This document shows positions 41,094 to 50,256 of a DNA stretch of 64,000 bases, one piece after another (positions within the stretch are counted from its first letter, which is position 1; each line of letters starts with the position of its first letter). The notes under the pieces were generated by a model. The model searched no databases, was not told the DNA's origin, and worked only from the letters and a program-made list of their open reading frames with translations. A program made the position numbers and the translations under genes. The stretch lies in contig CAVZZO010000003.1 of NCBI GenBank assembly GCA_963779755.1, positions 320,001 through 384,000 on the forward strand, given 5' to 3'. Origin of the DNA: an uncultured Gemmatimonadales bacterium (GTDB lineage Bacteria > Gemmatimonadota > Gemmatimonadetes > Gemmatimonadales > GWC2-71-9).

Positions 41094-41609
41094 ACGCTAC
41101 TCCATTCTCATAGGAGGAGCAGGCAATCGAGCCTTTCGGCTCAGGGGACGCTTCGATCGGACTTCCCGACAGATCTCAGGTCGCGGCGCCGCCGTCACAC
41201 TCCGGGAGGACCATGAAAGACTCGCACCGCCGCCCGATCATCAGGTACCAACTGGCAGGCGCGGCAACGGACCTGAACGGCCACCATCCGTCCCACAAGA
41301 TTGGGCCGCGGCCGGGACTTGGCAACGGAGGGGCCGGCGAGCCGTCCCAAGCACTGGTGGGTCAGCCGGCGCTCGATGCCCGGAATGCGCGATGCACGCC
41401 GTCGGCGTCAGCTCCCACCATCGCTGACACGGTCAACCCCGTCGCCAGCCGCAACAGTCCGTGGAGCAGGGCCAGCAGCACAGCCAGCAGCAATGCGCCA
41501 CGAACCCGGTTGCCCACCCCCCATTGGTGACCTGTGCGGGCCACCTGCGCGGTTTCGCCAGGTTCGGCCGACTTGAACATGATGGTCGTGCTGATTCCGA
41601 TTGTCCGGG

Positions 41610-41996
41610 TTATTGGCCGGCAGGCGGTTGCCACAATTCTACCTTGTTTCCTTCTGGATCGATGACCCAGGCAAACGTCCCGTACTCGGACTCGTCGACC
41701 TTCTCGAGGACGTTGCAGCCTTCTTCGCGTAAGACTCTGACCAGAGCGTAGAGATCCTCTACCCGGTAGTTGACCATGAAGGTTGAGTTGCTGGGCGCAA
41801 ACTGGTCACCTTGTGCCGAACCAATAGACCACACGGTAGTTCCGGTAACCGGCTTACCTTCACCGTCGGTCCAGGTGAAAACCGTGCCGCCCCATTCCTG
41901 GACATCGATTCCCAGGTGCCGCTTGTACCACGCCTGGAGTGCCGGAGCGTCTTTGGCTTTGAAGAAGATGCCGCCAATGCCAGTGACCCGCTTCAT
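41610..41996 (-). CDS. VOC/glyoxalase family protein
   Basis: MKRVTGIGGIFFK...DPEGNKVELW. Confidence 0.9.
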   Translation of the reverse strand: MKRVTGIGGIFFKAKDAPALQAWYKRHLGIDVQEWGGTVFTWTDGEGKPVTGTTVWSIGSAQGDQFAPSNSTFMVNYRVEDLYALVRVLREEGCNVLEKVDESEYGTFAWVIDPEGNKVELWQPPAGQ

Positions 41997-42043
41997 AGAG
42001 CCTCGGAGGTCGGGTGGTGGTGAGGGAGAGTGTATCGTCTGCC

Positions 42044-42183
42044 GCTGACGAAGTGCGCGAGTGCTGCGGCGCCCTGCCGACTTGCGTCAAGAACCTACGC
42101 TGCCGCAGCACGGCGGCTAGATCGCCGGGCCCTACTCCAATGGGTCGCAGCACCGGCCTGGAGAACGGTGCGCTTGATAGGCG
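42044..42183 (-). repeat. attC site, degenerate
   Basis: CTGACGAAGTGCGCG...GCGCTTGATAG, both cores mutated. Confidence 0.75.
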
Positions 42184-42249
42184 ACGCAGAAGACCTCCTG
42201 CCAAGTCGACATGGGCGCCCGTGACGCGGCAGTTGGCCTCAGAACGTAG

Positions 42250-42690
42250 CTGCGGCCGTTGGGTGCCAGAGAACTTCCCACAAGTGGCCATCTGGATCCC
42301 GACAATTGCCCGAGTAGATGCCCCACGGGCGCTTGCGGGGCGGCTCAGTACGGCTCGCGCCTGCCGCGACTGCACGCTCCAGCAGGGCGTCCACCTCTGC
42401 AGCGCTCTCCGCAAGGTACCCGAGACTGAACCCGTGGGGGCGATTCGGCGATGCCAGTGTCCTTCACCAGCTCGCGGCGTGGATACAACGCTAACATGAG
42501 ACCACCCTGCATCTGAATCCTCGACGTCCAGCACCTTGCGAATCTCGACCTCCGCCTCGCCGTTGGAGGAGAGCTTCGGCGCGCGCTTCACCGACTCGAT
42601 CGCTTCTTCCAGCGACTTCACCTGAATGATCGAGCAACGAGCTCCGCACCCTGACCCTGGAAACGATCCGTCCTCGTGCACCGTAGGGGG
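42250..42690 (-). pseudogene. Fragments of a VOC protein and a YCII-like protein
   Basis: EVDALLERAVAAGA...RDPDGHLWEVLWHP and IIQVKSLEEAIE...EVEIR C-terminal pieces without proper starts. Confidence 0.55.
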
Positions 42691-42710
42691 GTCCGCAAAG
42701 GAGTGTCCCG

Positions 42711-43112
42711 ATGCGTATCACACTGCGACATGCTCGTCTGGCCGCCACCTGGGTGCTCGGCCTGTATCTGGGCTGGATCTACGTACACCAGGGTTGGATC
42801 AAATTCGATCCCAATGGATTCTGGACAACAGCGTTCGCTCGCTGGAACTATCCCGACTGGCTGCGCCTCCTGGTTGGCAGCATCGAGGTTGGCGGGGGAC
42901 TGTGTCTGATCGTCCCGTGGCTGGCGAGCTACGGAGCCATTGGCCTCCTGGCGGTCATGGGTGCTGCTTGGATCACTCGAGCGCAAGGTGCACACTGGGT
43001 TGACGTTGCGTGGATCACGGCCTACATGATCGGCCTTGCGTGGATCGCGGTGCAGTGGCGGGACTGGCGGCTTCGCCTGACGCCTCTCGGAAAGCGTGTC
43101 GCCGCTGGCTAA
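42711..43112 (+). CDS. DoxX family membrane protein, antisense to the array
   Basis: FARWNYPDWLRLLVGSIEVGGG; stop TAA lies in the attC core. Confidence 0.8.
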   Translation: MRITLRHARLAATWVLGLYLGWIYVHQGWIKFDPNGFWTTAFARWNYPDWLRLLVGSIEVGGGLCLIVPWLASYGAIGLLAVMGAAWITRAQGAHWVDVAWITAYMIGLAWIAVQWRDWRLRLTPLGKRVAAG

Positions 43113-43262
43113 CGAAGTGCGCGAGAGCAGCGGTGCGATGTCCTGCGCCCTTCACAAGCCTGTGCTTCCAGAGCGAGACAGCTAGACCGCGGGGACATGC
43201 GTCGGTGGCCCATGCCGCCGGCCCGAGGGCCACGGCCTAGCAGCTCGACACGTGAGCTAGGG
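43107..43262 (-). repeat. attC site, degenerate
   Basis: GGCTAACGAAGTGCGCG start; far end eroded. Confidence 0.75.
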
Positions 43263-44072
43263 GCCACTTTGCTTTGCCGCTCGTGCTGTCCAAGCCCTCG
43301 CTGTCAGGACTATGGAGCCGTCCTCGTTGCGGGGCAACGTTGCTGCCAGCCGTCTCGCGAGGTCTTGCTGTTTCTGGGCGGCGAGTGAAGACAAATAACC
43401 CGGAGCCGGACCAGGCCCGCCAACGAAGGGGGTCCAGTAGTCAGCAAAGTCCTCGAAGCGCGTTGTAACCTCAAGCGCCTCCACCCCAACATGAGAGAAG
43501 CCCGCCTCCCGGAAAGCAGCTTCCAACGCGGAGCGGGAGCAGATCGGGAAGCGCTCCCCCTCATCGTGCTGACGAGCAGTAGGGTCAAGCTCGACTGCGG
43601 CGTCCCAGAACCGGCGGAGGAACTCCATCCCTCCGGCATAGTCCCAGACGCACGCGGCCACCAGGCCGTCTTCGGCTGCCAGTGACCTCATCTCTCGAAG
43701 GGCCGCCGTTGGATCCGGGAGGAAGTTCAAGACGAGAGAGGAAGCCACGACGTCGTAGCCAGCCGCTCTGGTCGGTAATTTGGCCGCAGTGGCAGTAAGG
43801 AACTGAACCCTTTGATCTGGAAGCGCGGCGCGAGCATGCTCGATAAACTGGTCGGACGCGTCCGTCGCCACCACGGAACCGGGGCGCCCCATCTCGAGTA
43901 TCGCCGAGGTCAGAGCCCCCGTGCCGCAGCCGACTTCGAGCCAATGGCGGCTCGGAGGCACGCCCAGCCACACCACGAAGGCGCGGGCCAACTCCCGACT
44001 CCACCGTCCCATGAAACGCTCATACGCACTCGCACTTTCCCAGACATCCCTGGGAGAATCGTGAGGCATCAT
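43257..44072 (-). CDS. Class I SAM-dependent methyltransferase
   Basis: LEVGCGTGAL, YERFMGRWS, VWDYAGGM. Confidence 0.9.
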   Translation of the reverse strand: MMPHDSPRDVWESASAYERFMGRWSRELARAFVVWLGVPPSRHWLEVGCGTGALTSAILEMGRPGSVVATDASDQFIEHARAALPDQRVQFLTATAAKLPTRAAGYDVVASSLVLNFLPDPTAALREMRSLAAEDGLVAACVWDYAGGMEFLRRFWDAAVELDPTARQHDEGERFPICSRSALEAAFREAGFSHVGVEALEVTTRFEDFADYWTPFVGGPGPAPGYLSSLAAQKQQDLARRLAATLPRNEDGSIVLTARAWTARAAKQSGP

Positions 44073-44086
44073 GGTTTGTTGTAGCC

Positions 44087-44140
44087 GCCTAACGAAGTGC
44101 GCGTGAGCTGCGGCGCCGCAGAACGACGCGCTTGTTAGCC
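44087..44140 (-). repeat. Minimal 54-bp attC site
   Basis: GCCTAACGAAGTGCGCGTGAGCTGCGGCGCCGCAGAACGACGCGCTTGTTAGCC: both arms kept, central region absent. Confidence 0.85.
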
Positions 44141-44375
44141 CGCACCGCGAACTGCTTACCACGGCTGCACGACCGAGCGACCGCGGACCTGGAGAGGGAA
44201 TGGCTATCCTCTCGGCTCATACCGCATCGCTACCGCCCCTGAGCAGTACTCCACCCGGCCTACGAGCCTCAAATCGATAACCTCCGACAGCCCCGCAAAC
44301 AAAGTCGGACCATGGCCCACGAGCCGTGAGTGCAACACGAACTTCGTTTATCCGCACCGCTAGTCCGACATCTTG

Positions 44376-44762
44376 TCAGCGAGCTTGCTTGGGCTGGAAC
44401 AATTCAACCGGATTCCCGGCTGGGTCTTCTATCAGGACTTGATCCCCGCCGATCCCCCTGATGCGATCGCTCCGAAACCGCACCCCCGCGGCGCGCAAGC
44501 GCGTGATCTCCGCCGCTAGGTCCTCGACGACCAGCTGAAAGCGGTTCCAGCCTCCCGGCTCTGGACGCCGGCCATCGGCCAAGACCTGACCACCTCCACC
44601 CGCACTATTCGGGGCGCTGAGGAGCAGTCGGAAACCCTCTCGGGAGAGCATTGCGAATGGAGGAGCGGGATGCATGTCAAGCTGGAATCCAAGCTGCTGG
44701 GTGTAAAAGACGATGGCCTCGTCGACATCCTCCACTATGTATCGTACGGTGATATCAGACAT
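44376..44762 (-). CDS. VOC/glyoxalase family protein
   Basis: VRYIVEDVDEAIVFYT, PGGWNRF, DPAGNPVELF. Confidence 0.9.
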   Translation of the reverse strand: MSDITVRYIVEDVDEAIVFYTQQLGFQLDMHPAPPFAMLSREGFRLLLSAPNSAGGGGQVLADGRRPEPGGWNRFQLVVEDLAAEITRLRAAGVRFRSDRIRGIGGDQVLIEDPAGNPVELFQPKQAR

Positions 44763-44789
44763 CGGTTCTTCCAGGACCCGGGTAGTGCG

Positions 44790-44929
44790 GTTTGATGAGG
44801 TGCGTAACAGCGGCGGCGCGATGCCGCGCTCCTCCATCAAACCTACACTTCCGCAGCCCGGCGGCTAGGTGCCCGGGAAATGGACAAAGAGGCCGCGCGA
44901 CCGGCCCGCAGAACGACGCGCTTAGCCAG
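44790..44929 (-). repeat. attC site, degenerate
   Basis: Body conserved (CAGCGGCGGCGCGATGCC...CAGAACGACGCGCTT), cores mutated. Confidence 0.72.
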
Positions 44930-44933
44930 CAGC

Positions 44934-45455
44934 CTATTGACTAGGGACCAGAGACACTGGCGCCCATCGATGCTGGCGCGAACCTAGCAAGCCACCGATC
45001 AGAGCACCGACACCTACGAAAGTGGTTGCGCCGACGACCCACCGGCCATCCCTCTGGACCGGAGAATCCGGGTCATTGAATGCAATTGAACCGAGAACCA
45101 AGACCCCAGCCGCAATTCCGCCGCCGAGCAGTGCCCCTTTCCACGTTCCAGAGCCGCCGCTCACTGCGAGTTGCCGTAGCTTCTCAACCGAGGCCACTCG
45201 AATACTACCGGAATCGGGCCATGGACACTGCGGCTCCCGATACGGGCAGTAAGTCAGCGCAGTGTCACCAGCATTAAGGGGTATCACGAGACGTCCGATC
45301 ACCACGTCGGCATCAGGCGCTCGGAATCTGACCAGGCTGCCAGAAGGAAGGGGAAGGCGCTGAGGAGTCTGGGCGGCCACTATGCTGACGCAGGACAATG
45401 AGATCAAGCCCACTATGCAGGAACGCACCGAAGCCTCCGGAAAAGCCCTGGCCAA
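44934..45455 (-). CDS. Hypothetical exported protein with C-terminal glycine-rich hydrophobic hairpin
   Basis: KGALLGGGIAAG...GALIGGLLG; similar to 57600-58100. Confidence 0.6.
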   Translation of the reverse strand: MARAFPEASVRSCIVGLISLSCVSIVAAQTPQRLPLPSGSLVRFRAPDADVVIGRLVIPLNAGDTALTYCPYREPQCPWPDSGSIRVASVEKLRQLAVSGGSGTWKGALLGGGIAAGVLVLGSIAFNDPDSPVQRDGRWVVGATTFVGVGALIGGLLGSRQHRWAPVSLVPSQ

Positions 45456-45495
45456 ATCTGATTCCGGCCCATCCCCTGAGCGTGACCTCGCTGCG

Positions 45496-45634
45496 GGCTA
45501 ACGAAGTGCGTGTCAGCGGCGGCGCGATGCCCCGCCCTTTCACAATCCTACGCCTCCACAGCGCGACGCTGGATCCACGGGAGATGCCGCGCGCGGCCCC
45601 GGCACCGGCCTGCAGAACGACGCGCATGTTAGGC
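45496..45634 (-). repeat. attC site
   Basis: GGCTAAC...GCGCATGTTAGGC. Confidence 0.9.
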
Positions 45635-45642
45635 GGCGGCGT

Positions 45643-46014
45643 TCATCGAGTGAGGTTGGCAATGTTCTTCAGTACCGCGCCCCACGCGACCCCGAGCAAG
45701 CCGGCTAACATCAGGGCATACAGTTCAAGCATAAGCGCCCAGCGGCCCACTTGACGCGTCTTCCAGGAATACCATGAAATGGCAAATGGAAGGAGCAGGT
45801 ACAGGAAGAACCCCGCATCCATTGCCCTGGTCAGGCCATGTCGCCGAACATTAGGTGCTAGCCACGTTACCACGGCGAGAGGCGGCACTATGGCAAGGAT
45901 GAGCCACATTCCTTGCGACGGCGGAACCCCCAGGAGGGAATAGAGCATGCCGAACAGCAGACACGAGCCGGTGATGATGTACAGCTTGTACCGGGGTGTC
46001 TCGACCTCGTCCAT
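45643..46014 (-). CDS. Hypothetical membrane protein
   Basis: Four TM segments; GGAGG RBS; fills the cassette. Confidence 0.7.
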   Translation of the reverse strand: MDEVETPRYKLYIITGSCLLFGMLYSLLGVPPSQGMWLILAIVPPLAVVTWLAPNVRRHGLTRAMDAGFFLYLLLPFAISWYSWKTRQVGRWALMLELYALMLAGLLGVAWGAVLKNIANLTR

Positions 46015-46036
46015 TGCTCCTCCGTTCAGGCCGTCC

Positions 46037-46170
46037 GCCTAACGAAGTGCGCGTGTGCTGCGGCGCGAACCCAACTTCCTTCACAAACTTACGGTTCCGC
46101 AGCGCGGCCGCTAGATGCCGGGGAGAGGCACTACGCGGCCGCACCGCCGGCCCTGTCAGCTCGACGCGCT
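46037..46170 (-). repeat. attC site interrupted by IS110-family element (remainder at 48787-48796)
   Basis: Ends at CGACGCGCT; missing AGTTAAGC found after the element. Confidence 0.88.
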
Positions 46171-46171
46171 C

Positions 46172-46708
46172 ATGTACGCGGATCCTTTCGGGTTGAGAGG
46201 CTGTCCAGATGTTACGGGAACTGACCCGAATAGTCTAGACGATTGTCCGGAGCGATCCCCAGGTTACTATGCTGCTCGCATTGCCAAGGGTGAAGGTAGC
46301 AGGGTGTTGAATACGGCTTTGGGAGTACTCGCCACGATGGGTCAGGTGCTGGCGGAGCATACGACGGGGAGTGTCACAGTCGGTGAAGAAAGTATCGAGA
46401 CGGATGCCTATGGACTCACGGGTGGACTGGAAAATGGCAATACCAGAGTAGTGCAACGAGTCGGACTTCCCCAGATAGGAGGAAGCCTCGGATTCACTGT
46501 TGGGAATCCGGGTACTGGCGCCGTTGATTTTGGATGGAGCAAGCATCTCGGCATCACGATTCATACCGTGCCCAGTCCTGAAGGCGGCGGAATCTCTGGA
46601 ATCACCTTCAATCTCGGAATCGGCACACCGACCCTTATCGGCATCCAGGACCGGACAGTCGTGTCGCAACCGATTCCCAAATGCCTCGTCTCATGTGCAC
46701 ATGAGTAG
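46172..46708 (+). CDS. Orphan Rhs C-terminal toxin-like tip, type A
   Basis: Starts MYADPFGL (Rhs DPxGL boundary motif), then a unique 170 aa; visibly lower GC. Confidence 0.7.
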   Translation: MYADPFGLRGCPDVTGTDPNSLDDCPERSPGYYAARIAKGEGSRVLNTALGVLATMGQVLAEHTTGSVTVGEESIETDAYGLTGGLENGNTRVVQRVGLPQIGGSLGFTVGNPGTGAVDFGWSKHLGITIHTVPSPEGGGISGITFNLGIGTPTLIGIQDRTVVSQPIPKCLVSCAHE

Positions 46709-46937
46709 TCTACTTGGGTGGTTTCTGGTTGCCGGGGGAATTTTCTACATCGGCGCTGCTGCGTTCGACTGGATTGGGCGAGCAGCAAGTGTGCCCATCG
46801 TGAAGTGGCTTATCCTGCCGCTCCGCATAGGTGAAATACGCTGGGTTGGTGGTGGCAATCGACGATTTGCCGCTACCCTCGGCATCTTTCTTCTAGTCAT
46901 CGGCTTGCTACTCGTCTTGTTCGGTCCTGAACGATAG
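46701..46937 (+). CDS. Putative immunity protein, two TM segments
   Basis: Overlaps tip stop (ATGAGTAG); 78 aa hydrophobic; function inferred from position. Confidence 0.6.
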   Translation: MSSLLGWFLVAGGIFYIGAAAFDWIGRAASVPIVKWLILPLRIGEIRWVGGGNRRFAATLGIFLLVIGLLLVLFGPER

Positions 46938-46946
46938 GCTGCCGAA

Positions 46947-47435
46947 GGAGCCGGCCTCGTCTAGCCTGGGGCGCTCGCAGTGCCTCCGGGTTGTCGGGCC
47001 TGAGCTCCGAGGGGTCGGGTCTAGTTAGGAGCCTCGCGGGCTGCCGCGCGTGGCGGACCTCGGCCGGCGGAAAAGGAAAGTGGTGGGGGCCCCACGAGTT
47101 CAGCGGAACCCATCGGCTCCAGACCTGCCGCGAGCCGGCTCCCTCGTCGGGCGTCATGCGCCCACGGGAGCAGACGGGGTCACCCCACCGGCTCCAAGGT
47201 GCTACCCGGTCCTTCGATTGTCAAAGAGCGCCGCGTTCCGCGTGCCGGCGGGATCCTGGCACCACCCTCATAGGTCGTTGAGGCTCGGGGCCTCCCACAT
47301 CTTCATGGATGCTCTCCGATCCGCGGCCGGGCGGCCAGCAACACTCTGTGCGCGGAGCTCACCGAAGACGCCGGCGGCTCAAGGCAAATAGTGGGCGGCC
47401 CGGCCGCGCACGCGCGGCTCCCCACCGATCTCCGG
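46947..47435 (-). ncRNA. Putative bridge/seek RNA region with one donor and two target loops
   Basis: Non-coding, conserved in three copies, downstream of the recombinase; guide segments match the end junction and attC. Confidence 0.8.
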
Positions 47436-48704
47436 CTATTCGCTCACCACCGGCTCTGCCCGATGCCGCTGCGCCTCCCAGCGCTCCCGCTCGAACGGCT
47501 GGCCCGAGTGGAGTACGGCCAGGAGGAGCGGCACCAGCTTGCGCGCCACCGCACAGACCGCCTTGGTCCGGAGCCCGCCATTGCGGGCCAGCAGGGCCTG
47601 ATAGTACGCGCGGTAGAGCCCCCGGGGCTGGCACCAGCGGCCGCCCAGGAGGAACAGCTGGCGGCGGAGCAGCGGCCGGCCCCGTTTGGACTGTTTGCGC
47701 CGCCCCTGCACGCTGCCGCTGGAACGCTCGACCAGATTCATGCCTGCGAGTTTCAGCACCTGGCGGGGATGAGTGAAGCGCTCCGGAGTGCCCAGCTCGG
47801 CCACAATCGTAGCCGCACAGGTGGCACTCACCTCGGGAATGGTGGTCAGCGCCTTGGCGGCGGGACACTGCTCCACCAAGGCGGCGATCTGCTGGTTCAA
47901 CACCGCGAGCTGCTCCCGCAGGAGGTCCCAGCGGGCCAGGAGCTGCTGGATCTCCAACCGCCGCTCGGGAGCGGCGTCGGCCAGGGCGACACTGGTGCGG
48001 GCGGACTCGCGCAGGACGTGGAGCCGCTCCGGGCCCACGTGGCCCCGCGAGACGGACCGCGCCAGGCGCGTCACCGCGGCCGGGGCGGCCGCCAGGAAGT
48101 CCTGCGGCAGCGGCCAACGCGCCAGCAGGGCGCGCGGGGTGGGCTTGCGCACCTGCGAGAAGTGCGTCAGGAACTCGGGCCAGGCCAGGTCGAGCAGGCT
48201 CTGGAGACGGTTCTTGAACCGGGTTTCCTCGACGGTTAACCGGTGCCGGTGGGTGGTGAGCAGCCGCAGCTCGAGATACGGGGGCTGCAGCGCCGGATAT
48301 CCCACGAAGATCCCCAGGCTCACCAGCTTGCAGATCTCGGCGGCATCCTTCGCGTCCGTCTTGTTGGGGCTGTTATCCTCCAGTTCCTTGGCCCGCTTGG
48401 TGTGGGCCGGCAGGATATTGACCAGCGCATAGCCGCGCGCCCGCAGGCACTCGGCAAACGTGAAGCCGTGATGGCCGGCGAACTCCAGCCCCACCAGCAT
48501 CTGTCCGGGCCGGATGCCGGGAAACCAGGCCGTCAACTGCGCCGCGGCGGCCTCGAAGCCCGCGCGGCTCACCGGCACCCGGACCGGCTTCGTGCGGCGC
48601 CCATCGGGGCCCTGAGCAACCAGCACGTGGACCCGCTTCGCGGTATCCACGCCTACGTGAACGGGGAACGTGCGGGTATAGGCAGACTTTTCGTCGGGGG
48701 TCAT
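47436..48704 (-). CDS. IS110 family DEDD recombinase/transposase
   Basis: VGVDTAK, GLEFAG, KTDAKDA and C-terminal RSSGS; alternative start 48731. Confidence 0.95.
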   Translation of the reverse strand: MTPDEKSAYTRTFPVHVGVDTAKRVHVLVAQGPDGRRTKPVRVPVSRAGFEAAAAQLTAWFPGIRPGQMLVGLEFAGHHGFTFAECLRARGYALVNILPAHTKRAKELEDNSPNKTDAKDAAEICKLVSLGIFVGYPALQPPYLELRLLTTHRHRLTVEETRFKNRLQSLLDLAWPEFLTHFSQVRKPTPRALLARWPLPQDFLAAAPAAVTRLARSVSRGHVGPERLHVLRESARTSVALADAAPERRLEIQQLLARWDLLREQLAVLNQQIAALVEQCPAAKALTTIPEVSATCAATIVAELGTPERFTHPRQVLKLAGMNLVERSSGSVQGRRKQSKRGRPLLRRQLFLLGGRWCQPRGLYRAYYQALLARNGGLRTKAVCAVARKLVPLLLAVLHSGQPFERERWEAQRHRAEPVVSE

Positions 48705-48796
48705 GGCGCGGCTCCGGGTGGAGGGAATCACAGGAGTCGCGGAAGGAGCTACGGGCCGCGCAGCGGCGTCAAGCGGGTATAGATGTCTAGTTAAGC

Positions 48797-49277
48797 GACT
48801 ATGCTCGGGTTGCGTACTTCACGGGGAGGTCAAGACTCCGCTCTCTTCTGCGGGGAGGCTCGACTCGAGGCCGGGGTGCTCCTGCGGCGACTCCGGCGGG
48901 GCGAGAAGCTCGGGCTCCCGCACTCCCGACCGATACCGGGACTCGGCCGGCGGTGTCAAGAGTTGCGGATTCCCGACCAAGGACGCCACCTGGCGGATCA
49001 TCTATCGGCTCGATCGAGACGCAATCGTGATTGTGGAGGTCTTTGCGAAGAGCCAAGCGACTCCACAACAGGTCCTGGCCACGTGCGCGCGGCGGCCGAA
49101 CCACTAGGATGCGGTGAGCCGCGGGGAGGATTGATCATGAACAAACGGAAGCAGAAGCGGCTGGAAGCTGCCGGCTGGCGGGTGGGAACGACCACCGACT
49201 TCCTCGACCTCTCCCCTGAGGAGGCCGCCTTGGTGGAGCTGCGCCTGAAGCTGAGCGCGGCCCTCCGTCGAATCTGA
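48797..49277 (+). pseudogene. Decayed RelE/Gp49-like toxin plus truncated HTH antitoxin
   Basis: LHGEVKTP, ARLEAGVLLRRL..LGLPHSRP, WRIIYRLDRDAIVIVEVFAK in shifting frames; antitoxin MNKRKQKRLEAAGW stops before the HTH. Confidence 0.8.
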
Positions 49278-49287
49278 GTGGGTTGCT

Positions 49288-49427
49288 GGCTAACGAAGTG
49301 CGCGTGTGCTGCGGCGCGAACCTTCAGGTCTTCACAAACCTACGCGTCCTTATCCGTGCCACTAGGAGCCCGAGAGACTAGAGGAGACCGGCGCGACCGG
49401 CCCCGCAGAACGAAGCGCTAGTGAGGT
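49288..49427 (-). repeat. attC site with one core mismatch
   Basis: GGCTAAC...GCGCTAGTGAGGT. Confidence 0.85.
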
Positions 49428-49446
49428 GGCCCACTGCGGCCGCTCA

Positions 49447-49629
49447 CTACACTTCGTACGAGATCGGAAGGGCATGCAAGCACTCGGGGCAGAAATAGAT
49501 GCGGCGGGCGACGACAACCGAGCGGGCGCGCTTGTAGAAGATTCTGTCGAGCGAGGCATCACACGAGGGACATAGCGGGACCAGATCGCCCCTCTCCTCA
49601 TACGTGATTTTGGAATAGCGCTCCATCAT
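49447..49629 (-). CDS. Small zinc-ribbon protein
   Basis: CPSC...CPEC, 60 aa. Confidence 0.6.
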   Translation of the reverse strand: MMERYSKITYEERGDLVPLCPSCDASLDRIFYKRARSVVVARRIYFCPECLHALPISYEV

Positions 49630-49736
49630 GCCGCCCCCATCGTTAGAGCATGAAGTCAAGGAAGCCGAGGGATGGAACCGGGGCTCGAGCCCGACAAAGC
49701 AGGATGCCCTCCCTCCGGGGTGAGCCATTCCGCGCC

Positions 49737-49875
49737 ACCTAACGAAGTGCACGTGTGCTGCCGCGCGAGCCTTCAGGTCTTCACAAACCTACGCGTCCTT
49801 AGCCGCACCGCCAGGGCCGGAGCGTGCGCCCGCGGCCCTCGCGACCGGCCCGCCTGCTGCAAACACTGGTTAGAC
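49737..49875 (-). repeat. attC site
   Basis: ACCTAAC...CACTGGTTAGAC. Confidence 0.9.
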
Positions 49876-49889
49876 CGCAGCGTCCGCCA

Positions 49890-49918
49890 TTGACAGATAG
49901 ACGCCAGCGGCGTATATT
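49890..49918 (+). promoter_or_regulatory. Sigma70 promoter of TA cassette with palindromic operator in the spacer
   Basis: TTGACA-N17-TATATT; ACGCC-AGC-GGCGT. Confidence 0.8.
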
Positions 49919-49923
49919 GACGC

Positions 49924-50235
49924 ACGGAACTGATCGAAACAGCGGTCTTTACCAAACAAGCGACCGCCGAATGGTCGGCGGAGGCGTACCGGGCTTTCCA
50001 GCTCTACCTGGTGCTCAACCCGGAGGCCGGGGCCGTCATTCCCGGCGCCGGCGGTCTACGAAAGGTCCGCTGGCGACTGCCAGGCCGGGGCAAGCGCGGT
50101 GGTGCCCGGGTGATCTACTACTACAAGAATGCCGCGGGCCGGATCTACCTCTTGTTCCTGTATCCGAAGCACGTGCGGAGTGATCTGAGCCCCGGGGAGC
50201 TGCGGACGCTCCGGGCTCTCGTGGAGTCGGAGTGA
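49924..50235 (+). CDS. RelE/HigB-family toxin with ACG at the expected start
   Basis: ELIETAVF...NPEAGAVIPGAGGLRKVRW..GKRGGARVIYY. Confidence 0.8.
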   Translation, partial: TELIETAVFTKQATAEWSAEAYRAFQLYLVLNPEAGAVIPGAGGLRKVRWRLPGRGKRGGARVIYYYKNAAGRIYLLFLYPKHVRSDLSPGELRTLRALVESE

Positions 50236-50256
50236 TTCATTGACCGAGAGGATGAC

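Larger units (their letters stand above)
46171..48786 (-). mobile_element. IS110/IS1111-type element copy 1 with Rhs-tip cargo
   Basis: CT at 46169-70 and 48787-88; ends CATGTACGCGG and GCGGGTATAGATGT shared with two other copies. Confidence 0.9.

Noticed and set aside
46959..46969. GT-CT-AGCCTGG as the true IS end
   Set aside because: Shared sequence extends beyond it, the attC halves rejoin only at the outer CT pair, and the donor loop matches CT-CAT. It is better explained as a guide plus handshake bases.
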